Source: Octopus bimaculoides
Taxonomy: Eukaryota
Assembly: GCF_001194135.2 (NCBI RefSeq)
Contig: NC_068983.1
Coordinates: forward strand, 84,278,333 to 84,334,743
DNA length: 56,411 nucleotides
Direction of reading: 5' to 3'
A program made the translations under genes and the position numbers. The stretch's first letter is position 1. Each line of letters begins with the position of its first letter. The notes under the pieces were generated by a model, which was not told the DNA's origin, ran no database searches, and was given only the letters and a program-made list of their open reading frames with translations. Positions 23,560 to 34,199 of the stretch are shown here, piece by piece.

Positions 23560-24185
23560 ATAATGTGATTTCCCTAAGACACCCAGCAATCTATCAAGTC
23601 CGTTTACACATTTCTCAATACATATTGCTGCTGTTATGACTTCCCTCCCTCATTTTATGCCACCATCCTTGATGGGTAGATTTGCTAGTCTTCATAACAG
23701 CTAGATGCTTCTGTAGCCACCTGTCCCTCGTGCCAGAGCCAGTCATTGAGTATGACACCTTCTTGCTCCACAACCATTTCACCCCTGTGTCTGGTTGGGG
23801 CCTTGCACCAACCACAGATTTGGTCTGTAAGTCTCAAAAGACAGTCCCATAAAAACTGCCAGTTTTATTTTGTTACAAGTCTCAGTTAATAACACTCTGA
23901 ATCTACAAACAACAAAGGCCACTTTCAACTTCCAGGACTTCTTCCTGGAGTCAGAGTCTTCCTGAGTTAGAGTAGCTCTTATGTTGGGAGATGCATTCTT
24001 TCACCTGAGTTGGACTTGGCATTTAGTCATCTGCCTGTCCCACTTTCTGGTGAGAATAAAGTCTATTTAGTTTGCATGCTCACTTGATTGGCAAGAAGTG
24101 ATCAGGTCACTGGGTGATTTCCTGTTGTAGATTATGAGATTATTTGCATCCCAGAAATCTAGGAATCTTGATCCCCGCTCATATA
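23560..24185 (-). mobile_element. RTE LINE endonuclease C-terminus and linker, probably the same element as 20375-22265
   Basis: Minus-strand GSRFLDFWDANNLII, IDFILTR, KSWKLK and LLRLTDQICGWCK; same strand and colinear order. Confidence 0.75.
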
Positions 24186-24477
24186 CCACCATCAACATCA
24201 TTTAATATCTGTTTACCATGCTGGCAGACTAAACAGTATAACAGAATCCAGTGAACTGCAGAGTCATGTCAAACTCTAATGTCAGTTTTGTCTTGGCTTC
24301 TATGACTGTATACCCTCCCCAACACCAACCATTCAGTGTGGACTGTGTGCTTTTTTGCATGGCACTGGCACAAGCAAAGTCACCAAGTTACTTACAAAAA
24401 AAAATACAGGGAAAAGTTAGAGATATACTCCGGTGTTAAGTTCTGTTTCTATTTCTTCCATCAATCTTATATGTATG

Positions 24478-24514
<37 letters not shown>

Positions 24515-24670
24515 GCAGGGCTGTGTGGTTAAGAAGTTCTCTTCCCAACCATGAGATTTTCAAATTCAGTCCCACTGTCTGGCACAATGGGCAAGTGTCT
24601 TCTACTGTTGCCTTGGTCAACCACAGTCTTGTGACTGATTTGATAATAGACAGAATCTGAAAGAAGCCAG
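24515..24670 (+). mobile_element. Family B SINE 5' half
   Basis: GGCTGTGTGGTTAAGAAGTT...TTCAGTCCCACTG...GGGCAAGTGTCTTCTACT. Confidence 0.8.
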
Positions 24671-24695
24671 TTCTATATATGTATATATGTGTGCG

Positions 24696-24726
<31 letters not shown>

Positions 24727-24855
24727 GTTGTTGTACTTGGGGATGGTCATATTGCCAGTTTAGCCAATAAAAACACACGCACTGTATATTTGGTGTTAAT
24801 TTTTTTTTTTTTTTTCAGCTTTATATTACATTAATCTTAATCTTAATCTTATTTC

Positions 24856-24900
24856 GGCCAGAGTTCTTTCGTCACACTTCTGTGACCTCATCAGTGGTCC
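24856..24900 (-). ncRNA. Minimal type I hammerhead ribozyme motif
   Basis: Minus strand: GG(A)CCA CUGAUGA G GUCACA-GAAG-UGUGAC GAAA G-AA-C UC | UGGCC; all three stems pair, NUH triplet CUC, one extra G after the core. Confidence 0.68.
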
Positions 24901-26541
24901 TTTGTTTCCTTCTTTCTTATGTGTGTCTCACCTTGCTAACTATCAGCCATTTTGTATTTTGTATTCCTATTGTATGTGTCTACGCATGCGTGTCCTTCAA
25001 TGTGTCTGTNNNNNNNNNNNNNNNNNNNNNNNNNNNNNNNNNNNNNNNNNNNNNNNNNNNNNNNNNNNNNNNNNNNNNNNNNNNNNNNNNNNNNNNNNNN
25101 NNNNNNNNNNNNNNNNNNNNNNNNNNNNNNNNNNNNNNNNNNNNNNNNNNNNNNNNNNNNNNNNNNNNNNNNNNNNNNNNNNNNNNNNNNNNNNNNNNNN
25201 NNNNNNNNNNNNNNNNNNNNNNNNNNNNNNNNNNNNNNNNNNNNNNNNNNNNNNNNNNNNNNNNNNNNNNNNNNNNNNNNNNNNNNNNNNNNNNNNNNNN
25301 NNNNNNNNNNNNNNNNNNNNNNNNNNNNNNNNNNNNNNNNNNNNNNNNNNNNNNNNNNNNNNNNNNNNNNNNNNNNNNNNNNNNNNNNNNNNNNNNNNNN
25401 NNNNNNNNNNNNNNNNNNNNNNNNNNNNNNNNNNNNNNNNNNNNNNNNNNNNNNNNNNNNNNNNNNNNNNNNNNNNNNNNNNNNNNNNNNNNNNNNNNNN
25501 NNNNNNNNNNNNNNNNNNNNNNNNNNNNNNNNNNNNNNNNNNNNNNNNNNNNNNNNNNNNNNNNNNNNNNNNNNNNNNNNNNNNNNNNNNNNNNNNNNNN
25601 NNNNNNNNNNNNNNNNNNNNNNNNNNNNNNNNNNNNNNNNNNNNNNNNNNNNNNNNNNNNNNNNNNNNNNNNNNNNNNNNNNNNNNNNNNNNNNNNNNNN
25701 NNNNNNNNNNNNNNNNNNNNNNNNNNNNNNNNNNNNNNNNNNNNNNNNNNNNNNNNNNNNNNNNNNNNNNNNNNNNNNNNNNNNNNNNNNNNNNNNNNNN
25801 NNNNNNNNNNNNNNNNNNNNNNNNNNNNNNNNNNNNNNNNNNNNNNNNNNNNNNNNNNNNNNNNNNNNNNNNNNNNNNNNNNNNNNNNNNNNNNATATAT
25901 ATAATGTGCGAGAGAGTTAGGGGTTGAGGATTCAACCCACTAAGGGATAATATCTATCCAATATACTGCTTAAATAAATTAATGAATTCAACAGGATACA
26001 CTGTCTGCAAGTAGTTGGGTTCAGCATATTATCCTCCATTTTTTAATTGATATATATATATATTCATACATACACACACAAACACATGTGTGTGCACCTT
26101 GGGTAACTGTCTTTTATTGCCATGAGAGCAAATCTTGAAATGAAAACTGAAAAGGAACCATTGTGCATATGTGCTGTGTGTGTGTGTCTGTGTGTGTGTG
26201 TGTGTGCACGCGCGCATGTGAATATGATCCTTCTGACACCAAGCACTAGTTCTCAACAAGTTTCATGTGTCATTTGTTTGCAATATTCTGCGAATAAAAT
26301 GTCTGAACTAAGTGAAAATACCACTTTGCTTTAGAACAGGTGAAGGTTGATTACAGGAAGAGCATCCAGCCATCAAAAATCTACCTCAGCAAATTTTGTG
26401 TCACTTATACAAGCATTGAAAAGTATACAAAAATGTATTAAAATAATGATAACACATGTATGCAATTTATATATATATTTAAATATGCGTGTGTGTATAT
26501 ATAACATGTGTGTATGTGTATATGTGTGTATGCACACACAC

Positions 26542-26574
<33 letters not shown>

Positions 26575-26757
26575 ATCATAGTTACATATGTACTATGTGT
26601 ATATTTACATGTGAGCATGCATATATATATACACACACACACACACAAATGCATATATATGTATGTATACATGCATATCAATACATACCTATATATACAT
26701 TGACATCATTATGATGCATATATTTATAATGTACATAAATGTGCATGTATACCACAT

Positions 26758-26801
<44 letters not shown>

Positions 26802-26949
26802 CTGCATACATTTGCACACATATACAATACAAACACATATCCATGTATGAAATGATGCAAATACAATAAACAATAAAGTAGGGCAACACAAGAGAAACAA
26901 GTTTTAACAAATAAGGTATTAACTTAACACCTTAATGGAAAGAGAAGTT

Positions 26950-26984
26950 GCCTCAATGTTTTGAACATCAGTCTTTCATCAGAA
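26950..26984 (-). ncRNA. Decayed hammerhead-like / Penelope terminal motif, cut by a gap
   Basis: CTGATGA A AGAC TGAT GTTC AAAACATT; two CpG-type changes would restore CGAAACGTT. Confidence 0.4.
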
Positions 26985-27714
26985 NNNNNNNNNNNNNNNN
27001 NNNNNNNNNNNNNNNNNNNNNNNNNNNNNNNNNNNNNNNNNNNNNNNNNNNNNNNNNNNNNNNNNNNNNNNNNNNNNNNNNNNNNNNNNNNNNNNNNNNN
27101 NNNNNNNNNNNNNNNNNNNNNNNNNNNNNNNNNNNNNNNNNNNNNNNNNNNNNNNNAATGAAAGAAAGTTTAAAAACCAGGTGGGAATGCTGTTTTATTG
27201 GGGGCGGTAGTTAAGAAGGGAGGAAGAAGCAAGTGTATATATGCAAGTATAGGGGTGTATTTGTATCTGAAAGCTGGCAAAGGAAAGGGTGATCTGTGTT
27301 TCAGTATGGTGTATGTGTGTAGAGGTATGCAAGTGTGGAAATATACTGATGTGGGTTAATGGTGGATGTGAGGTGTGTGTGTGTGTAATCATAATGAGTA
27401 GGTGGTAAGAAAGTGCGTATGTGAAGAGGTCACAGCCAGTGCTGATGTGAGGGGAAGAAAGACACTGGTGATGCAAATGGAAAGGCAAGAGCAATGTGTA
27501 GGGTGCAACAGACGTGTGCAAGTGTATGACAAAATTACAAAAGCGTATGAAATATTTTAACAAGGAAAAAGAGGTTTACACTAAAATATGAAAAAGAAAG
27601 AGAAAATGTATGAATTCTGTGAAGAAAGGAAAAATCAAAGAAAGTGTTAAAAAGATTTACACAACACTATATATGATGATGATGATGATGATGATGATAA
27701 TATATATATATATA

Positions 27715-28285
27715 TATCATCATCATCATTTAACGTCCGTTGTCCATGCTGGTATGGGTTGGACGGTTTGAGTGAGCTGGCACGCTGAAAGGCTGCGCCA
27801 GGATCTAGTTTAGCATGGTTTTCTACGGCCGGATGCCCTTCCTAATGCCAACCACTCTGAGAGTGTAATGGGTACTTTTACATGCCATTCGTGTGACACC
27901 AGTATCTGCCACGAACTATGATTTTCTTTGGCTTGATGGGTCTTCTCAAGCATGACATAGTGCCAAAGGTCTTGGCCATTGCCTCTGTAAGGCTCAACAC
28001 TCAAAAGGAACTCAGCCACTTTGCCTCCACGAGGCCCAATGCTCAAAAGGTGCTCAGCCACCTCGCCTCTTTGTAGCCCAACACTTGAAAGGAACTCAGC
28101 CACCTCATGAGGCCCAATGTGCAAAAAGAACTCAGCCACTTTGCCTCCATCAGGCCTGACATTCAAAGGTTGATTCTTTTCTTTATGTGCCACCAGCATA
28201 GGTGCACTTGGGTTGACAGGTTCTCTTAAGTAGAGCACATCGCCAAAGGTCTCGGTCACTAGTCATTGCCTCTGTAAGGTTCAAA
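27715..28285 (-). mobile_element. Family C module with a different internal tandem array
   Basis: Module 27715-27900; unit GAACTCAGCCACTTTGCCTCC..GAGGCCCAATGCTCAAAAG recurs over 27990-28170. Confidence 0.82.
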
Positions 28286-28394
28286 GCATATACACATTTG
28301 TATATGCATACTTGTTACACATGTATACATTTATACATATATAAGCCTATACACATATATCTACATACCCATATGGTCACATACATAGATGCAT

Positions 28395-28419
28395 ATGTAT
28401 GTGTGTGTGTGTGTGCATG

Positions 28420-28467
<48 letters not shown>

Positions 28468-28480
28468 CATATATATGTGT

Positions 28481-28549
<69 letters not shown>

Positions 28550-28555
28550 CACACA
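28395..28555. repeat. Compound (TG)n/(TA)n microsatellite
   Basis: Directly seen. Confidence 0.97.
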
Positions 28556-29149
28556 CAAGTAGGCAAACAATTGAAAGAAAATAGCACTCAGCATAGTATT
28601 TGAAGTTTTAAGTATTTAATAACATGTTGAATCAGCTTCACATTAATCAAAACTTTCATGGGTGCAGAACAAACACATTCACATCAATAGATGAATGGAG
28701 TCAGAGTAGAAGGAATTTATGGAACATTTTTAAATAGCTACAAAATGAAAATAGGCCTCTATTGATCAGTACAGGTCACATGGATATTTCAGTTAGCCAG
28801 CAACAATTCTTTCATTACATGCTCCATGTAGGCTAGCTGTCAGCATTGGTTAGTTGGTGTTCTGGAGGCTATGACACTTCAGGGACGGTTAGTTACCACA
28901 TGGAGTTATAAAAATTTTAGTTATGTCAGATTACATATCAGTCTACATGACAAACATGGTTACATAGTGTAAATATAGCTGGGTGAAAATGTCTACAGTT
29001 ATAGTACACTGAATAGTCAAGAATCTCACTATGGACAGTAGGGATTACATATCCTGCAATTATGCATGGGCCGTTTAGGCCTAGGATGATAATCCCAGAT
29101 TATCAGCAATTATTTGCTTGAAGTTCTTTAACAGGATGTATCTTTGGTG

Positions 29150-30335
29150 TCAACAATAGGTTGGTTTTCCTACTGATGGATACTACAGGCAATTAAAGTA
29201 TATGCATGTTCTCATGGAGGTAGAAATAACAATTACTAATAATGGTTGAATGAGGAGTAGCCTTGTCAAGGAAACTCCATGTGATACTGAGGAAGTTGCT
29301 TCCTCGATCCTGGAGTAACCAGATGAAGTGGTGGTGTTTTCCATGTCACTACACTTGAAGGAGTGCATATGTTATATAAACTTTTTTGAAATCACCAATT
29401 GATATGCCTGTATAGTGTCTTAGTAAGCCATTAGACATTGTGTGGATGGCTTGACCACAACTTTTGAGTGACAGGATCCTTGCAGTAAGCAACTGGTAGG
29501 ATCTTGGCAGTTACAGGTTGGAATGTGGAAGGAAGATTGTGTGGGTATTTGTTTCTGTTATAGTGAGAAATGCTGGATGCAATATAATCTAAGTATGAGT
29601 AACTAACAATGACATTATGAGAATTAGAGGTGATATCTAAGGGTTCTGGAGAAATACTAACTGGTATTAGGGAGTTCCTAGTTATATCAGTGGCAGTATC
29701 TATATTGAATGAAGAATTAAACCAAATTACATTTCCCCTTCTAAAGCTTAACAGGTTTGGAGATGGTGTAGGGGATCCTCTCTATATACTACCTTATCAA
29801 TGAAGCCACTCATTGTTAGTACCTTATTATATTGAGGTGTAGCCTTTTGGAAATCTTTTTGTCTGCTGACAAATTGGAAATTCTTCTGCTGATACCTTAG
29901 ACTCGGTTTCTAATTACAGCTGGGTATGGTTGGAGTTTCTACGGATATAAGCAATTTCCTGATTGGGCTTTCTGTATGGGTAGTACATGCTTACCATGAG
30001 GTCTAGGACTTCACCTAAGAAGACAACATTTGTTAAGTTAACAGTAACAGGTATAGTTAGGCTTTATAGTTTGAAAAAGATTCTTCCTGAACTTATTCAT
30101 GACATGGCTATTCATATAGTTTGAGATGACCAGGCCATCATCTGTGTATAGGATCAAAATGTAGAGGTGCTTTTCTTTTCCTAGAATATCCAGGATAAAT
30201 AAACTGGTGAGGTCAGTAAACAAAGCTTTATCATATATATCACAGATACATCAAACAGTGGGTTGCCTTCCCTTTTTACCCAGTAGAAACCAACTTGAAA
30301 CAGGACTGACTTTTTAGTATGCATAATGGTTCAAA
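29150..30335 (-). mobile_element. Decayed Penelope-like element (RT C-terminal half through the GIY-YIG region)
   Basis: Minus-strand IMHTKKSVLF, GNPLFDV, YTDDGL, PYRKPN, SNH, RGNVIWFN and HSFK...ENTTT follow the order of PLE RT and endonuclease motifs; many stops and frameshifts. Confidence 0.82.
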
Positions 30336-30609
30336 AAGTCACTAATTCTGATAAATATAAAGGTGTCTTTTAAAATCTAGTGTTTTCAGGAAACAAGATA
30401 GATATTCCTGGGTAGAAATTACAATATCAAATTAGGTGAATTTGCAAGCTATTTTATTTATCCTTGATGGAACCAGAACCAGCTGATTACAGTAACACTG
30501 CAATCACATTGCAGGAGTGTGACAGGAAGGGTATCTGGTCACTGAAAGTCTGCCTCAACAAACCATGCAAACATGAAAAAGTGGGTATTTAAATTATGAA
30601 GATAGTATA

Positions 30610-30935
30610 TAACTGGCATCCCATTGGTTATAATGATGAGGGTTCCAGTTGATCTGATCAATGGAACAGCCTGTTTATGAAATTAACATGCAAGTGGTTG
30701 ACCACACAACAGACATGTGCACCCTTAACATAGTTCTCAGGGAGATTCAGCATAATACACTGTGACAAGGCTGGCCCTTTGAATCATAGGTACAACCCAT
30801 TTTTGCCAGCTGAGTGGACTGAAGCAACATGAAATAAAGTCTCTTGCTCAAGGACAAAATGCACCACCACGAATTGAACTCACAGCCTTATGACCATAAG
30901 CCAAATACTCTGACTACTAAGCCACACACCTTCAC
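30610..30935 (-). mobile_element. Family A SINE with second tail type
   Basis: Head matches 1-157; body ACCCTTAACATAGTTCTCAGGGAGATTCAGC...GTGACAAGGCTGGCCCTTTGAA (plus strand) is shared with 51010-51270. Confidence 0.8.
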
Positions 30936-31164
30936 ACCATACACATGCATACATACATGTATGTATATATCCCTAAATACACATATACCATCAAATATCA
31001 CATACATTACACACCCACTCATCCGTGCATATAAATACACATACAACATGTGGACAAGGAACACCACAATGAAGATCATAAGGAGAAATCTGAATTTAGA
31101 ACACAAGTATTCATTTGTGTGTGAGTTTGTACACATACACACACATCTGGAAGTATGACTGTAT

Positions 31165-31282
31165 TTGTAAAGAAACATGGTTCAGATCTACTGTGTGGAA
31201 CCTTGAGCAAATGTCTTCTATTATAGATCCAGGCCAAATAAAGCTTTGTGAGTGGATTTCGTAGACAGAAACTGAAAGAAGC

Positions 31283-31313
<31 letters not shown>

Positions 31314-31600
31314 CCATATAGATAATATATGGACACATACATGCTTGTATGTTTGTATGTGTGCATGTGTGTACCCTTGTCTTGATACTACATGATAGTT
31401 GTAAAGAAACCATCACCATCATATGAGTGAGGTTGTTCATTTCCAGACTTCCATTAAAAGTTTGTCTAGTCATGGGAAATATTACCTTCTTTCAAAACAG
31501 AAACGGCATTCAGCTATAGCAAAAGTGCCTCAATAAAGTCTGTCCAACCCATGAAATCATAGAAGAATGGACTTTAAATAATGATGTTAATGATGAAGCT
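31165..31600 (+). mobile_element. Family B SINE head with an alternative, (GAT)-tailed 3' part
   Basis: B head to GAAACTGAAAGAAGCCC, a microsatellite, then TGCCTCAATAAAGTCTGTCCAACCCATG...TAAATAATGATG instead of the usual B tail. Confidence 0.6.
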
Positions 31601-31944
31601 ATATGTACTGATATAAGGATATATCTGCCCCAGAATGGTCACATTCCAATGATTGCATCAAGTACAACGTAAAAGATATTTGTATATGCATATGTTTAGA
31701 GAAGGAGAGAGATAAAAATATAAATATCATCTTTCTTTACCATTTTAACAACCAGTTTTCTATGGTCAATCAGCCTATGAGCAGCCTTTGATTTTTTTTT
31801 CCGTTCAAGAGACTTTTTAACCCAACACTCTACATGCTATTCTTTATAGTGTTATCTATTTCAAGTTCTGCAGTAAAAATGATTTATTTCATATTTCTTA
31901 AAGTTTATAAAGTCATATAACATAAATATCCACATATTTATATA

Positions 31945-32110
31945 TAAGTGCAGGCATGGCTGTGTGGTAAGAAGCTTGTTTCCCAACCACATGGTTCCAG
32001 GTTCAGTCCCACTACATGGCACCTTGGGCAAGTGTCTTCTACAATAGCCTTGAGCTGACCAAAGCCTTGCGAGTGGATTTGGTAGACAGAAACTGAAAGA
32101 AGCCCGTCGA

Positions 32111-32165
<55 letters not shown>

Positions 32166-32335
32166 TGCCCCCACCATCACTTGACAACCAATGTTGGTGT
32201 GTTTATGTCCCTGTAACTTAGCAGTTCAGCAAAAGTGGCCGATAGAATAAGTCCTGGGGCTGATTTGTTCGACTAAAGGCGGTGCTCCAGTATGGCTGCA
32301 GTCAAATGACTGAAACAACTAAAAGAATAAAAGAA
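31945..32335 (+). mobile_element. Full-length family B SINE with internal (TA)n(TG)n
   Basis: Head, AAGAAGCCCGTCG, microsatellite, CCCCCACCATCACTTGACAACC and tail GGCGGTGCTCCAGTATGGCTGCAGTCAAATGACTGAAACAA. Confidence 0.92.
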
Positions 32336-32354
32336 TATATATATATATATATAT

Positions 32355-32555
32355 CTTTAATGCCAGTGGCATGAAAAAAGCACCCAGTACACTCTGTAAA
32401 GTGGTTGGTATTACAAAGGGCAACCAGCCATAGAAACTATACTGAAGCAAACATTTCAGCACGATGCAGCCCTTGGATTCATCAAATCCTTATCAAACTC
32501 ATGCCAGCATGGAACATGGACATTAAATAATGATGATGATGATGATGATGATGAC
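32355..32555 (+). mobile_element. Family C module
   Basis: AAAAAGCACCCAGTACACTCTGTAAAGTGGTTGG...GGACATTAAATAATGATGATG. Confidence 0.8.
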
Positions 32556-32704
32556 ACACAAATACATACACATTCTCATCCCAAGTCAACATTATCATCA
32601 TATTTGGGACTGATATGAGATCTATAAGAAATGTAGGCACAAGATAGTATGGATTTTGAAACCTAACGTACTAGTAGACTATATCAATAATATATGTACA
32701 CCAT

Positions 32705-32865
32705 CATAATCATCTTCATTTAACATCCGTTTCATGTTTGCATGGATTGGATGGTTTGACAGGAGCTGGTACACCAGAGGACTGCACCAAATTCCACTGT
32801 CTCTTTTGGCATGGTTTTTATGGCTGGATGCCCTTCCTAATGCCAACCACTTTACAGAGTGGACT
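32705..32865 (-). mobile_element. Family C module, tail-to-tail with the previous copy
   Basis: TTTAACATCCGTTTCATG...GCTGGATGCCCTTCCTAATGCCAACCAC. Confidence 0.8.
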
Positions 32866-32948
32866 AGACAATACACACACATATTCATATAAATACATAT
32901 ATATATATAAAGTGTATGGGTATAATCTATGTATGTGTAATATGTATG

Positions 32949-32989
<41 letters not shown>

Positions 32990-33304
32990 ACACATACATA
33001 GATTATACCTATACACAGACATTTATAGAGAGATAGAGAGGGTGGAGAAAGATGTGTGTGTGTGTGTGAATATGTAAAAAATTTCCAATTGAATTTACAA
33101 TCATTTTCTTTTGTAATTTATGCATTAAACTAGGAGTTGGTATCATTACAATTTACAATTTCAAATTTTGTCTAAGTAGGAGAGCATTTGGTAAAATGCC
33201 AAACTATAAAGTGGTTACCATTCTAATATTTGGCTTCAAATTGTGTACATCTCAGAAAAGCAAGAAGCAAAATCCAAAGTATAATTTGGAATTGGTATCC
33301 TTAC

Positions 33305-33337
33305 AATATGATGTTTTAAATTCTTGTAGAATACAAA
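33305..33337 (-). CDS. Candidate 33-nt exon (CILQEFKTSY)
   Basis: Acceptor ACTTTGGTTTGCAG|, donor ATT|GTAAGG; the phase 1-1 reading joins 18574-18635 in frame. Confidence 0.28.
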
Positions 33338-34199
33338 CTGCAAACCAAAGTATACTGGAAGGACTATATACCTTGCATTGATTTTATTTGGACTACATAA
33401 GCACTAAATTCAAATCCTGCAGTACTGGAGTTTGGTTTCCTTTCCCCTACTCTAGGGTGGCTAAAATATAATAGGTAGCAGTCATAGATTTAAATGAGAC
33501 AATTCATCATAGGTAAATGAATCACAATCAAAATTGTCAGAGTAATCATCATTATCAGGCACTCAATGAATAACACCATAATCAGTCATGAGTAACCTGA
33601 ATGATTTTAGTCGTGCGGCTCACCTGCTGATGAGCTATGTCTCATGTGGCCCACTCCTCAAAAAAAAAAAAAGGTTATCAATGCCTGATATACACTCAGT
33701 TTTATAAACTGTAGCAACTTATATGGTCAGTTTTATTACTCAGCTCCACATTACTGAAGTTTTGAGGACACAGAAGAGTTTGCACATGCATTCTTACACA
33801 GAAAAAAAAAGGGACCAGCAAAGGGGACTACTACTACTAATATGAATCGAAATGGGAGGGGGGGCATATAAATATAAACTTGTGCCATGGCTGAAATATG
33901 TGGTTATGTACATATGCTAAAAAAAAAATTTGCCTGTGAATTGTCCTGATCTCAGTAGCTCCAATGAACCACATAAGTAAATACTGCATAGACAGATGAT
34001 AGTGGAAAGTCAACTGGTTATCAGAATAAAATAGGTTGGAAGATACAAATTTCGAAAGATTTCCACATTTATTTAAACAGCTGGTGCAATATTATGGTTG
34101 TCATTTTCTGTAACCTTTTTTTTTTTTTTTTTTAGTCCCCATCATTGTTTTTTTATTCCGGGGAGAGGGCCAGATATGGATCCTTCTCTTTTTTAACAC

